NCBI GenBank assembly: GCA_036136335.1
Contig: JAYZQT010000032.1
Coordinates: forward strand, 123,038-187,037
From: Pseudomonadota bacterium
Lineage (GTDB): Bacteria; Pseudomonadota; Alphaproteobacteria; MPNO01; UBA830
DNA: 64,000 nucleotides
Direction of reading: 5' to 3'
Shown here in pieces: positions 28,701 through 38,926 of this stretch. How positions within the stretch are numbered: position 1 is the first letter of the stretch; every line of letters begins with the position of its first letter. The notes beneath the pieces are model-generated. The model ran no database searches, was not told where the DNA came from, and was given only the letters and a program-made list of their open reading frames with translations. The position numbers and the translations under genes were made by a program.

Positions 28701-31043
28701 ATGGGAAGAGCTCCATCACCCTTTGCAACGAAAATTCCTTACGAGGAAAAACCACTTAAAATTGTTGGTTCCAATCCAACATCGCGCAGTGATGCTGTCG
28801 ATAAGGTTACCGGTCGGGCACGTTACGCGGCTGATATCAGTTTGCCTGGTCAGTTAATAGGAAAGGTTCTGAGGAGCCCGCACGCACGCGCTAATATTGT
28901 TTCCATTGACATCGGCGAAGCAACAGCGCTTTCCGGGGTTAAGGCCGTGGTTACACGGGACGATTTTCCGGATATGGAGGTTGAGCATGCGGCGTCCGGC
29001 GAACTTATGGTCAACTTTCGCGACGTAACCCGTAATATGATGGCGCGGGAGAACGTTCTCTATGACGGGCATCCCGTCGCGGCCGTCGCTGCCACGAGCG
29101 AAGCAATCGCGCGGGCCGCGTTAAAACTGATAAAAGTAGAGTATGAGGTATTGCCGCATGTAATCGATGTGGTTGAGGCAATGAAGCCGGATGCCCCAAT
29201 ACTGCACGAAGATCAATTCACCAAAGGCGTTGAGTCCAAGTCGGACAAGCCGTCCAATATTGCAGCCCGGATGGAAAGCAAGCTCGGTGACGTCGAAAAG
29301 GGGTTCAACGAAGCCGAATTCATTATTGAGCAGGAATTCAATACGAAGCCGGTTCATCAGGGCTATATCGAACCGCAGGCAAGTATTGCGAATTATACCG
29401 AGGGCGGGACAACGGAGGTTTATACAAGCACGCAGGGGCATTTTGTGTTCCGTGCCCAGATTGCCAAACTGCTAAAGATGGACATGTCGAATATCAAAGT
29501 CGTACCTGCTGAGCTCGGCGGTGGCTTTGGCGGCAAAAATAACGTCTATCTCGAGCCCTTGGCGGTTATATTGTCCAAGAAATCCAAACGGCCCGTGAAA
29601 ATGGTTATGAACCGGGACGAAGTCTTTAGGGCCACTGGTCCAACATCAGGCACAAACGTCAAGGTCAAAATGGGGTGCACCAAAGACGGTAAAATAACTG
29701 CGGCACAGGCTGAGTTAAATTATCAGTCTGGTGCTTACGCGGGATCGTCTCTCCCCCTCGCCACCATCACGGTTTTTACGCGATACGATCTGGAAAATGT
29801 CTCGGTGGTAGGTCACGATGTCACTACAAACCGACCCAAGGTGGCGGCTTATCGGGCGCCTGGTGCGCCGATGGTTGCTTTCGGTGTTGAAACCGTGATC
29901 GATGAGCTTGCACAGGCGTGTAATATTGACCCGATTGATTTCCGGCTCAAGAATGCGGCGAAGGAGGGCACACAGACGCACTTCGGGCCGAAACTTGGTC
30001 CAATCGGCTATATTCAGACGCTGGAACGCGCCAAGGCGCATTCGCACCTGCGAGAGAAACTCGGCCCCAATCAGGGCCGTGGGGTTGCAACCGGTTTCTG
30101 GTTTACACTTGGCGCCGAAACCTCCGCTACGGTCAATATTGGCGAAGATGGTACCGCAACGTTGATATTCGGGACGGTAGATGTCACCGGTGGGTCGCGG
30201 AGTGCGTTTGCGATGATTGTCGCGGAAGAGCTGGGTATACCATACGAAAAGGTCCGGACGATGTCGGGGGATACGAGTGCACTCGGCTTCAACTTCATGA
30301 CGGCGGGAAGTCGCGGAACCGCAGCGGGTTCCATGGCCGCGGTTACTGCAACGCGCAAGGCTGTTGCCCGGATGTGCGAAATTGCTGCCCGGAAGTGGGA
30401 GGTCGATGTCGATCAGGTGGTCTGGGAAGAAGGGCGGGCTCGCCCGGCGGGGGCGAACGTGGGAGACTTCGAACCCATGACGGTCGCTGACCTTGCAAAG
30501 GAAGCGTCCTGGTTTGGTGGAACCATCGCCGGCCATGCAGAAATAAACGTTGCCCAGGGCGGGCCCGGCTTTGGTACCCATGTTGTTGACGTGGAAGTTG
30601 ATCGCCGGACGGGCGGGATCAAGGTGTTGCGCTATACATTGATTCAGGATGCTGGAAAGGCGGTCTATCCAGAATTTATTGAGGGTCAGTTCCAGGGCGG
30701 TGCGGTTCAGGGAATCGGAACTGCACTTAATGAGGAGTACATATATAACGATAAGGGTGTACTCGAAAATCCCGGTTTTCTGGATTACCGTGTGCCCGTG
30801 GCATCTGATGTACCTTTTATCAATACGGAAATTGTGGAGGTGCCCAATCCGGACCACCCATACGGCATCCGCGGAATAGGCGAAGTGCCCATCATCCCGC
30901 CGCTGCCCGCAATTGCCAACGCAATTCATGATGCGGTGGGCGTTCGGATGCGTGACCATCCGATGTCACCACCCAAGGTGCTCAAGGCGCTAAAAGAGAA
31001 GATGATTGAAGACGCCGCCGACCAGGGTGCTGCGGCAGAATAA
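28701..31043 (+). CDS. molybdopterin-binding (large, CoxL/aldehyde-oxidoreductase-like) subunit, operon 1
   Basis: A 780-aa protein with xanthine-dehydrogenase-family a/b-hammerhead and MoCo domains. The active-site region reads AAYRAPGAP (29844-29864), not the CO-dehydrogenase AYxCSFR loop. Confidence 0.9.
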   Translation: MGRAPSPFATKIPYEEKPLKIVGSNPTSRSDAVDKVTGRARYAADISLPGQLIGKVLRSPHARANIVSIDIGEATALSGVKAVVTRDDFPDMEVEHAASGELMVNFRDVTRNMMARENVLYDGHPVAAVAATSEAIARAALKLIKVEYEVLPHVIDVVEAMKPDAPILHEDQFTKGVESKSDKPSNIAARMESKLGDVEKGFNEAEFIIEQEFNTKPVHQGYIEPQASIANYTEGGTTEVYTSTQGHFVFRAQIAKLLKMDMSNIKVVPAELGGGFGGKNNVYLEPLAVILSKKSKRPVKMVMNRDEVFRATGPTSGTNVKVKMGCTKDGKITAAQAELNYQSGAYAGSSLPLATITVFTRYDLENVSVVGHDVTTNRPKVAAYRAPGAPMVAFGVETVIDELAQACNIDPIDFRLKNAAKEGTQTHFGPKLGPIGYIQTLERAKAHSHLREKLGPNQGRGVATGFWFTLGAETSATVNIGEDGTATLIFGTVDVTGGSRSAFAMIVAEELGIPYEKVRTMSGDTSALGFNFMTAGSRGTAAGSMAAVTATRKAVARMCEIAARKWEVDVDQVVWEEGRARPAGANVGDFEPMTVADLAKEASWFGGTIAGHAEINVAQGGPGFGTHVVDVEVDRRTGGIKVLRYTLIQDAGKAVYPEFIEGQFQGGAVQGIGTALNEEYIYNDKGVLENPGFLDYRVPVASDVPFINTEIVEVPNPDHPYGIRGIGEVPIIPPLPAIANAIHDAVGVRMRDHPMSPPKVLKALKEKMIEDAADQGAAAE

Positions 31044-31063
31044 ACCGTTTGTGGTGTCAGACT

Positions 31064-31103
31064 AAAAGAAAAGGCCGGTTCTTCCGACGCTGCCTTTTCT
31101 TTT
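31064..31103 (+). terminator. hairpin downstream of CoxL-1 (possible intrinsic terminator or attenuator)
   Basis: A perfect 12-bp inverted repeat, AAAAGAAAAGGC(16 nt)GCCTTTTCTTTT, followed by cattctt. The T-rich 3' arm is terminator-like. Confidence 0.35.
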
Positions 31104-31126
31104 CATTCTTGAGAAAGGTATAATTT

Positions 31127-31684
31127 ATGGCCCGTCTGGAGCCGGTAGCAGACGAAGACTACACGCCGGAACAGAGACGCGTTGCTGAAATGATCTCGGC
31201 GCAACGCAACGCGCCCGTCCGTGGACCATTCGGGGTGCTTTTACACGCTCCAGAAATCTGTGAGCTTGTTGCAAATTTCGTCGACCTTTCACTGGATGAA
31301 AGCCGTTCTCGAATCCCAATACGCCTGAAGGAGTTGGCTATCATCACAGTTGGTCGTGTCTTTGGATCCGATTATGAATGGTTCATCCACGCGAAGCGGG
31401 CGGCAGAATTTGGTATTGATCCAAACGTTATCGAGGATATTCGACACAATAATCGCCCTACATTCGAGCATGAAGATGAGGAGCTTGTCCATGATGTAGC
31501 CAAGGAGCTTGCGGAAACCCGACAGCTTTCGGATACGAACTATCGACGTGCACACAATCATTTTGGTGATGAGGCGATGGTAGAATTTGCGACCCTGGTG
31601 GGCTTTTATCACACTGTTTCGATTGTTTTGAATACATTTCAGGTGGAAGCTCCAGAAGGCGATCCACACCCCCTACGGGTCTGA
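31127..31684 (+). CDS. carboxymuconolactone decarboxylase (AhpD-like) family protein, paralogue 2
   Basis: A 185-aa protein with VRGPFGVLLHAP ... LKELAIITVGRVFGSDYEWFIHAKRA ... VGFYHTVSIVLN. It is colinear with the ORF at 4315. Confidence 0.75.
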   Translation: MARLEPVADEDYTPEQRRVAEMISAQRNAPVRGPFGVLLHAPEICELVANFVDLSLDESRSRIPIRLKELAIITVGRVFGSDYEWFIHAKRAAEFGIDPNVIEDIRHNNRPTFEHEDEELVHDVAKELAETRQLSDTNYRRAHNHFGDEAMVEFATLVGFYHTVSIVLNTFQVEAPEGDPHPLRV

Positions 31685-31872
31685 GAACGGCAAAGATCAA
31701 GCCTCGGAGGGTATTTTTTCGACCCTGAGCGACTTCGTGTCACCTTGTCATTGCAACTAAACACAAATTACGGTAGCTACGAATTCTGGATTGTTGTGCC
31801 GGGTTGTGGCGCAGTGTCCAAGGACCTCCAAACCTGCCCGGTCACAGCTATTCCGATGAGGGAAAACTTTTA

Positions 31873-33432
31873 ATGAAGATTGGCGTTCCTAGGGAAATTC
31901 ACGCGGGTGAGCAGCGTGTGGCCCTGACACCGGAGACGGCGGTCCGGATCCAGAAACTTGGTTTCGAGCTATGCATCGAGGCTGGCGCTGGAGAAGGTGC
32001 CCAATACTCCGACGACTCCTATCGTGCGGTGGGTGTGGAAGTTATCAGTGATGCAGCAAAAATCTGGTCTGAATCCGAGATTGTTTTAAAGGTTCGTCAG
32101 CCCGAAGTTTCTGCCGGCACAGGCATTCATGAGTGTGAGTTGCTTCGAGAGGGCGGGACGCTCATCAGCTTTGTATGGCCTGCGCAGAACCAGGAGTTGC
32201 TTGACCTGTTGAAAACGCAAAAGGCGACAGCGATAGCGATGGACGCCGTACCGCGAATTAGTCGTGCCCAGAAGCTAGATGCGCTTTCGTCGATGGCTAA
32301 TATAGCGGGTTATCGGGCCGTGATAGAGGCCGCGAATAATTTTGGGCGGTTCTTCACCGGCCAAATTACTGCTGCCGGAAAGGTTCCGCCCGCAAAAGTG
32401 ATGGTAATCGGTGCCGGGGTTGCAGGCCTAGCGGCCGTGGGCACGGCGCGGGGCATGGGTGCAATTGTTCGCGCGTTTGACACACGACCCGAGGTCAAAC
32501 AACAGGTGGAAAGCATGGGTGCCGAGTTTCTGGAACTCGAATTCGAGGAGACGGGTTCCGGTGCGGGGGGGTATGCAAAGGTAATGAGCGAGGAGTTCAT
32601 CAAGGCAGAGATGGAGCTGTTTGCCGAACAGGCTCGGGATGTTGACATCATCATTACAACCGCACTGATCCCTGGAAAACCTGCACCAAAACTAATTACT
32701 GCAGAGATGGTCAAGTCCATGAAGCCGGGTTCGGTGATAGTCGATATGGCTGCAGAGCAAGGCGGCAACTGCGAACTGACTGAGCCCGACAAACACGCTA
32801 TCAAGCATGGTGTGACACTGATCGGTTTCACTGATTTTCCGAGCCGGATGGCGACCCAGTCAAGCCAGCTATATGGGACAAATCTCTGGCATATGTTGTC
32901 CGATCTTACGCCTGACAAAGACGGCATTATCCATGTGAATATGGAAGATGATGTTTTTCGGGGTGCGACGGTTGTGAAGGATGGTGAAATAACCTGGCCT
33001 CCGCCGACGCCAAAAACACCGGCCATCGCGCCGGCGGAACGAATCAAACAGGAAGTGCCCAGCACAAAGGAAACTCCGCGCCGGAATGTTGGGGTGAAAT
33101 CCGCTATAACGCTCATTGTTGGCGCTCTCGTTCTGTTGGGGCTTGGGACGGTGGCGCCTTCCGCATTTATGGGTCACCTGACGGTATTTATTCTTTCCTG
33201 TTTTGTTGGCTACCAGGTGATCTGGAACGTGAAACCGGCCTTGCACACGCCGTTGATGAGCGTTACCAACGCCATCAGTGGCATAATCGTGATAGGCGCC
33301 CTGCTGCAAATCTCCAGCCCGTCCAATCTCGTTGTAATACTTAGCGGGATTTCCGTCCTGATAGCGACGATCAATATTGCGGGCGGATTTCTGGTTACCC
33401 AACGCATGCTGCGCATGTTTCAAAAGAGCTAG
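31873..33432 (+). CDS. pntA: NAD(P) transhydrogenase alpha subunit (dI plus membrane dII-alpha part)
   Basis: It contains [21 protein letters not shown] and the Rossmann motif [13 protein letters not shown], with about four C-terminal TM helices. The start is taken at ATG 31873 rather than TTG 31804. Confidence 0.9.
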   Translation: MKIGVPREIHAGEQRVALTPETAVRIQKLGFELCIEAGAGEGAQYSDDSYRAVGVEVISDAAKIWSESEIVLKVRQPEVSAGTGIHECELLREGGTLISFVWPAQNQELLDLLKTQKATAIAMDAVPRISRAQKLDALSSMANIAGYRAVIEAANNFGRFFTGQITAAGKVPPAKVMVIGAGVAGLAAVGTARGMGAIVRAFDTRPEVKQQVESMGAEFLELEFEETGSGAGGYAKVMSEEFIKAEMELFAEQARDVDIIITTALIPGKPAPKLITAEMVKSMKPGSVIVDMAAEQGGNCELTEPDKHAIKHGVTLIGFTDFPSRMATQSSQLYGTNLWHMLSDLTPDKDGIIHVNMEDDVFRGATVVKDGEITWPPPTPKTPAIAPAERIKQEVPSTKETPRRNVGVKSAITLIVGALVLLGLGTVAPSAFMGHLTVFILSCFVGYQVIWNVKPALHTPLMSVTNAISGIIVIGALLQISSPSNLVVILSGISVLIATINIAGGFLVTQRMLRMFQKS

Positions 33433-33447
33433 AGCCGGGAGCAGAGC

Positions 33448-34842
33448 ATGAGCGCAGGAATTGCCACGGTCGCGTATATTGGCGCTACCATTCTTTTCAT
33501 CTTGAGCCTTGGTGGCCTGAGCAATCAGGAAACTGCGCGACGCGGGAATATTTACGGCATCATCGGCATGGCGATTGCCATACTGGTAACGATCCTGGCA
33601 ACCCAGATTGAGGATTATTCGATCCTCGCAGGGGCGGTTGTAATTGGTGCGATCATTGGATTCTGGGTTGCGTCGAGGGTCGAAATGACCCAAATGCCGC
33701 AACTTGTCGCGATCCTGCACAGTTTCGTCGGCCTTGCCGCAGTTCTCGTGGGTGTTGCAAGTTATATTGATCCAAATTCGGCATTTACCGGGGTTGAAAA
33801 AACCATTCACGAGGTTGAAATTTTTCTGGGCGTGTTCATTGGGGCCATCACCTTCACCGGCTCGGTTATCGCTTTTGGTAAATTACAGGGCAGTATATCA
33901 GGTAAGCCCCTCTTGTTACCTGCACGTCACTGGATGAACCTGGCCGGCATCCTGTTGGCCTTGTGGTTTGGCTACGATTTTCTTGGCGTGTCAAACCATC
34001 ATGCCGGCCTGACCCCTTTATTGATCATGACTGGGATCGCCGGTCTTATTGGCATACATCTGGTAATGGCAATCGGTGGCGCCGATATGCCCGTTGTGGT
34101 CTCTATGTTGAACAGCTATTCGGGCTGGGCTGCAGCGGCTACCGGTTTCATGCTGTCGAACGATCTCCTGATCGTTGTCGGTGCCCTTGTTGGCTCGTCG
34201 GGAGCAATCCTGAGCTATATAATGTGTCGGGCGATGAACCGTAGGTTCGTTAGTGTTATTCTTGGTGGGTTTGGAATGTCTGATGGCGCCACTGCGGGTG
34301 TTGAGGACCAGGGCGAAGTAGTGGCGACGTCGGTTGACGAAACTGCGTTGATGCTGAGCGATGCGGATGAGGTGATCATTGTTCCAGGATACGGCATGGC
34401 GGTGGCGCAGGCACAGGCATCGGTCAGTGAAATCACAAAACACCTGCGCGACAAAGGCGTGAACGTCCGTTTTGGTATTCATCCTGTTGCCGGGCGTCTT
34501 CCGGGTCACATGAATGTTCTGCTGGCGGAGGCCAAGGTACCCTATGATATTGTCTTGGAAATGGACGAACTCAATGATGATTTTCCAAGTACCGACGTGG
34601 TGCTGGTGATTGGAGCCAATGATATTGTTAACCCCGGCGCCCAGGACGATCCAAACAGCCCAATTGCAGGCATGCCCGTACCGGAGGCTTGGAAGGCGAC
34701 AACGTCAATCGTCCTCAAGCGGTCGATGGCGAGCGGTTATGCAGGTGTCGATAACCCATTATTTTACAATGAAAATACCCGAATGCTTTTTGGGGATGCC
34801 AAGGAAAGTATTGACGGTGTGCTACAAAGCCTCAAAAGTTAG
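33448..34842 (+). CDS. pntB: NAD(P) transhydrogenase beta subunit
   Basis: The N-terminus is polytopic and the dIII domain blocks are present: [33 protein letters not shown] and GANDIVNP. Confidence 0.95.
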   Translation: MSAGIATVAYIGATILFILSLGGLSNQETARRGNIYGIIGMAIAILVTILATQIEDYSILAGAVVIGAIIGFWVASRVEMTQMPQLVAILHSFVGLAAVLVGVASYIDPNSAFTGVEKTIHEVEIFLGVFIGAITFTGSVIAFGKLQGSISGKPLLLPARHWMNLAGILLALWFGYDFLGVSNHHAGLTPLLIMTGIAGLIGIHLVMAIGGADMPVVVSMLNSYSGWAAAATGFMLSNDLLIVVGALVGSSGAILSYIMCRAMNRRFVSVILGGFGMSDGATAGVEDQGEVVATSVDETALMLSDADEVIIVPGYGMAVAQAQASVSEITKHLRDKGVNVRFGIHPVAGRLPGHMNVLLAEAKVPYDIVLEMDELNDDFPSTDVVLVIGANDIVNPGAQDDPNSPIAGMPVPEAWKATTSIVLKRSMASGYAGVDNPLFYNENTRMLFGDAKESIDGVLQSLKS

Positions 34843-34901
34843 GGCTCTCGGAACAAAGTGGAAAGTTAGTTAACCGGGCTAAATATATGGAGCGGCAATA
34901 A

Positions 34902-36512
34902 TTGGCATACCGCAATCTGCGCGAATATCTGAAAATTCTCCAAAAACGTAACCTGTTGCATGTTATTGATGACCGGATAAGCAAGGACACGGAACTTGTT
35001 CCCCTGGTTCGGCTTCAGTTTCGCGGGCTGCCGGAGTCAGAACGCAAAGCCTTCTGGTTTAAAAATGTCACGGATTCTCTTGGGCGGGATTTCAAGGCAT
35101 CGGCAGTAATTGGATCGCTAGGCTCATCGCGAGAAATTTACGGGGCCGCACTCGGCGTTGCCCCGGATGATATCGGCGCCAAATGGGCGAGCACTCACGG
35201 ACAACCGATAAGGCAGGTTGAGGTTCCGAGAGAGGACGCGCCGGTCAAGGCTTTTGTCTATACCGGAACCAATTTTGGCGAGGGTGTTGATAGGTTTCCA
35301 CACCTGATCTCGACTCCCGGCTTCGATCCTGCACCGTTTCTGACCGCGGGAGTATGGGTCACACGTGACCCCGAAGATGGGGCCTACAATCTTGGCATCT
35401 ATCGCGGGATGATAAAGGCGCCGGACCGTATTGGCTGCGCGACCGACGTGTCCACACAACATCTGGCGATCCAGTGGGAAAAAGCCCGACGCATGGGGAA
35501 ACATCTTGAGTGCGCTGTCTTTCTTGGCGGTCCACCCGCGCTTCTTCTGGCCGCTGCCAGCAAGGTGCCCTATGGGGTTGAGGAGTATGGTGTCGCTGGT
35601 GCACTGAACGGGGAGCCAATTGCCGTCGTTTCTGCGGAAACCTTCGACTGTATGGTGCCGGCAGAAGCCGAGATTGTTATGGAAGGTATTATACGAACAG
35701 ATATTCTGGAGCCGGAAGCGCCGTTTGGCGAGGCAAGCGGTTATCTCGGCCCGCGAAAAATGGAAAAAGTGTTCGAGGTTAAAGCGATTACACATCGCGT
35801 CGATCCGGTCTACCAGGGGATTATTAGCGAATTTCCGCCCAGCGAAAGTACCGTGATGCGGAAGGCGGCATTCGACGCGATCTATCTCCGGCACCTGCGT
35901 GACGCTTGCAACATTCCGTCCGTAACCAAAGTGGCGTGCCATGAACTAGCAAGCTGCAACATGCTGTTTGTAATCCAGCTTCATCTCCCCGAACTGGGTC
36001 AACCCTGGCAGGCTTTGCGAGCGGCTGCGGCATTCGATGCATCACTGGGTAAAATGTTCATCGCAGTTGATTCCGATGTGGATCCGGATTCGATGGACGC
36101 CGTGCTTTGGGCGCTGAGCTATAGCATGCAGCCGCACCGGGATGCGGAAATTATCAGAGGTAAAGTCCCGCGCCTTGATCCATCAGTTACGCCATCCGAG
36201 ATTTCTGCGCAATTTGCCTACCCGGACGGACAGGGGGCTTCGGCGATCCTTATAAATGCCGTGCGCGAGCACCCCTATCTACCGGTATCGCTGCCGCGAG
36301 AGGACTTCATGATTGCCGCGCTGGACCGCTGGGCCGCGTTGGGTCTGCCCGAACTCGACCTGAAATCTCCCTGGCACGGATATCCATTATCTTTGTGGAC
36401 TGCCGAAAATGTCGATGAGGCAGAGAAGGCGGTTACAGGAAGGTATTTTGAAACCGGTGAGAAGCTGGCTGGACGACGAGAAGGATCTGACTATCCTGCC
36501 AATCCTGATTGA
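34902..36512 (+). CDS. UbiD-family (prFMN-dependent) decarboxylase
   Basis: A 536-aa protein with a typical UbiD N-terminus (NLREYLKILQKRNLLHVIDDRISKDTELVPLVR) and central blocks (GIYRGMI, YGVAGALNGEP). The start codon is TTG. Confidence 0.8.
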   Translation: MAYRNLREYLKILQKRNLLHVIDDRISKDTELVPLVRLQFRGLPESERKAFWFKNVTDSLGRDFKASAVIGSLGSSREIYGAALGVAPDDIGAKWASTHGQPIRQVEVPREDAPVKAFVYTGTNFGEGVDRFPHLISTPGFDPAPFLTAGVWVTRDPEDGAYNLGIYRGMIKAPDRIGCATDVSTQHLAIQWEKARRMGKHLECAVFLGGPPALLLAAASKVPYGVEEYGVAGALNGEPIAVVSAETFDCMVPAEAEIVMEGIIRTDILEPEAPFGEASGYLGPRKMEKVFEVKAITHRVDPVYQGIISEFPPSESTVMRKAAFDAIYLRHLRDACNIPSVTKVACHELASCNMLFVIQLHLPELGQPWQALRAAAAFDASLGKMFIAVDSDVDPDSMDAVLWALSYSMQPHRDAEIIRGKVPRLDPSVTPSEISAQFAYPDGQGASAILINAVREHPYLPVSLPREDFMIAALDRWAALGLPELDLKSPWHGYPLSLWTAENVDEAEKAVTGRYFETGEKLAGRREGSDYPANPD

Positions 36513-36518
36513 TGCGCC

Positions 36519-37037
36519 CTACAACTCCTTCGCATCGATGAGAACGAAAGCAATCTGGCAGTTTTCTGTGCCGCGATTTGCCCACGCATGGTTTGTGCCG
36601 CGCTGGACAACAACGTCTCCTGCTTGCAAATGTACCTCGTCCGCGTCCACCAGCATATCAATCTCCCCCGACAACACGACCGCGTAGTCGACGCTGCGGG
36701 TTTTATGCATGCCTGGATGGCGTACCGGATCTCCGCTGCTTGGATCGAGACCAAGTTCTTTTTTCATCGCCTCGTTGCATACAGTGGCGTCGTCCGGCGT
36801 GAATTCCACAATCCGGAAGATCGAGCCACTGTCAGGCGGCGAGACGCCTATTTCGCGCTGAGCCTTGTCGAGACTGCCGGTGTTGGTGCCAGGAGTGGCG
36901 TCTTCAACCCACAATAGGGTAGATGTCAAACCATTTGCCGCACGTACGCGAATGTTGTCAGCATTTCCGTCCATGGCGATGATGGCAGCTCCCGACGCGT
37001 CGTGGCCGGTTACGACCCGGCGAATGTTTTTGGTCAT
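36519..37037 (-). CDS. cupin-domain protein
   Basis: The C-terminal cupin motif is LSGEIDMLVDADEVHLQAGDVVVQRGTNHAW. The start is taken at ATG 37037 (MTKNIRRVVTGHD), which follows the RBS GGGGGA. The ORF-track start is 37079. Confidence 0.6.
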   Translation of the reverse strand: MTKNIRRVVTGHDASGAAIIAMDGNADNIRVRAANGLTSTLLWVEDATPGTNTGSLDKAQREIGVSPPDSGSIFRIVEFTPDDATVCNEAMKKELGLDPSSGDPVRHPGMHKTRSVDYAVVLSGEIDMLVDADEVHLQAGDVVVQRGTNHAWANRGTENCQIAFVLIDAKEL

Positions 37038-37277
37038 TAATTTTTCCCCCGATTTTAAAACTATAGCCGGACCGGGCATTCGTGGCGATCAGTGTCATTG
37101 ACAGCCATGCAGGATTCCAGTGTCATTGATCCCGCTCCTGTGGAGGATATCGATGCCGGGATTTGAATTTGATGCTGCGAACTTTGACGTGCTGGGAGAT
37201 GTTGAGCTATTGGGCGACATCCTCCGGCGGTGCGCAACCGCGTTTCGGTCCTGTAGCCCCCTGTAGGTGAAACAACT

Positions 37278-38345
37278 GTGGACCTATCTCTTTTCTTTTT
37301 GCCCACGTGGCGCGAGGGTTTTGGTATGTCGCTCACGCGGTATTACGAGGAACTGTCGGAAAGCGTGGAGCTTGCTGATCAGCTGGGATGGACACGGGCG
37401 CTCACAACGGAGCACCATTTTCACTATTACGGGGGTGCGGTACCTAACCCCGCGATAATCCTGGCTGCCTGGGCGCAGAAAACCAAGAATATTCGTCTGG
37501 CCCCTGGCGTCTCTCTGATGCAGTTGCGTGATCCACTCAAGGTTGCGGAAGATTATGCGCTGGTGGATCAGCTATCCGGAGGGCGCGTCGATATGGGGGT
37601 CGCAAAAGGTTTCGTACCGCATGAGTTTGAAGCCTTCCATATCGATCAGGCGGAAGCTGGCGCACGCGTAGCAGAGGGGCTGGAAATTTGCCGACAGTTT
37701 TGGGCAAACCTGCCATTTGCGCACAGTGGACGGTATTTCAAATTTGGCCGGCTCGAACCCTGGCCAGCGACCGTGAGCGGCGCATTACCTATCTGGAATG
37801 CGGCATCTAACTCGAAATCCAGTTTCGTCAATGCAGCCGAGCGCGGCTTTCATCTGATGATGAATCATTACCCCATGAGCGCAGAATCCTTGCGGGAAAA
37901 ATTTGGGTGGTATTGTGAAACCTGGGAGAAATCCAGTCAAAAGACATCCCAGCGCAAGGCAATGGTAGCGTTCATGACATATCTGGCGGACACCGAAGAA
38001 CAGGCCATTCTGGAGGCTAAAGCCGCACTTCAGGAGCATGCCCACGCATTCGGCAAAGTCCTGCATGGCAGTCAATGGGATAGAGATTATGAGGGGGACT
38101 TATCCATTTTGCTTCACATGTGCGAAAACGGCGACTGGAGGGATGTCTTTCGGCGGCGCACACTGATATGTACGCCAGAACAGGCTGCCGAGCGTATCCA
38201 GCGATATCTGGAACTGGGGTTTACGGAGGTTTCCTTCATCGCCCGATTTGCGGGGATCACTCATACTCAGGCCAAGACGACAATTAGGCGCGTCTCGGAT
38301 GAGGTGCTCCCCTTGCTCGGGTTAAAGGCGAACACAACGGATTAA
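37278..38345 (+). CDS. LLM-class (luciferase-like) flavin/F420-dependent oxidoreductase
   Basis: A 355-aa protein with N-terminus MDLSLFFLP, plus TTEHHFHYYGG and GGRVDMGVAKG blocks typical of the LLM fold. The start codon is GTG. Confidence 0.8.
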   Translation: MDLSLFFLPTWREGFGMSLTRYYEELSESVELADQLGWTRALTTEHHFHYYGGAVPNPAIILAAWAQKTKNIRLAPGVSLMQLRDPLKVAEDYALVDQLSGGRVDMGVAKGFVPHEFEAFHIDQAEAGARVAEGLEICRQFWANLPFAHSGRYFKFGRLEPWPATVSGALPIWNAASNSKSSFVNAAERGFHLMMNHYPMSAESLREKFGWYCETWEKSSQKTSQRKAMVAFMTYLADTEEQAILEAKAALQEHAHAFGKVLHGSQWDRDYEGDLSILLHMCENGDWRDVFRRRTLICTPEQAAERIQRYLELGFTEVSFIARFAGITHTQAKTTIRRVSDEVLPLLGLKANTTD

Positions 38346-38361
38346 AACTGGAGGGGATTAA

Positions 38362-38904
38362 ATGACACGCATAACGATCCTGCAACGCGACGAAATGAAT
38401 GAGGAACAGGGTGCTCTCTATGACCAGATAGGTGAGGAGGGAGGGCCGCGGAGCGGACCCTATTGGGCTTACATCCGTCACCCGCGGCTGATGCGACTTT
38501 GCCAGGATGTTGGAAACTGGTTTCGTGGATCTGCCCTGACTGGTCGGGAACGCCAGATTGCCGTACTGACTGCAATCCGATTTTGGGATGCGAACTATCC
38601 TTGGGCCGTTCAGGTGCGTGCGTCGCTCGTTGCCGGTGTCGATCAGGAAACGGTTGATGCAATCAATGAAAGGCTTGACCCCGGCCTGACGGATCCTCGT
38701 GAAAAAATGGCGTGGGAGGTTGCTTCGCAGCTGGTCAATGCACATCGGCTGACCGATGATACATATGCTGAAGCGGAAAATCTATTTGGCGCAGAGGACC
38801 TCGTGGCCTTGATCAGCGTTATCGGATTCTTCGGTATGGTGGCGACCACAGCAAACGCCATCGACGCTACGCCGCCGGATGATGCGCCGGCTCGACTTTT
38901 ATAA
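38362..38904 (+). CDS. carboxymuconolactone decarboxylase (AhpD-like) family protein, divergent paralogue 3
   Basis: A 180-aa protein colinear with the ORFs at 4315 and 31127. The D(F/Y)EWFxH block is replaced by NYPWAVQV. Confidence 0.65.
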   Translation: MTRITILQRDEMNEEQGALYDQIGEEGGPRSGPYWAYIRHPRLMRLCQDVGNWFRGSALTGRERQIAVLTAIRFWDANYPWAVQVRASLVAGVDQETVDAINERLDPGLTDPREKMAWEVASQLVNAHRLTDDTYAEAENLFGAEDLVALISVIGFFGMVATTANAIDATPPDDAPARLL

Positions 38905-38926
38905 TCTTTCGCCGACCGTCCGAATT

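Noticed and set aside
29715-30959. A 414-aa ORF antisense to CoxL-1.
   Set aside because: It is an antisense shadow ORF of a well-supported 780-aa gene, with low-complexity Arg/His/Cys-rich translation.
27355-31043. Aerobic carbon-monoxide dehydrogenase (coxMSL).
   Set aside because: The large subunit lacks the AYxCSFR Cu-binding loop (it has AYRAPGAP), and no coxDEFG-like accessory genes are nearby. It is called a generic Mo hydroxylase instead.
32310-33810. Two long antisense ORFs (268 and 313 aa) opposite pntA/pntB.
   Set aside because: The sense-strand products have unmistakable PntA/PntB motifs. The antisense translations are Ser/Ala/Arg-rich with no recognisable domain.
35124-35942. 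A 272-aa ORF antisense to the UbiD-family gene.
   Set aside because: It is a shadow ORF. The sense strand carries UbiD family blocks along its whole length.
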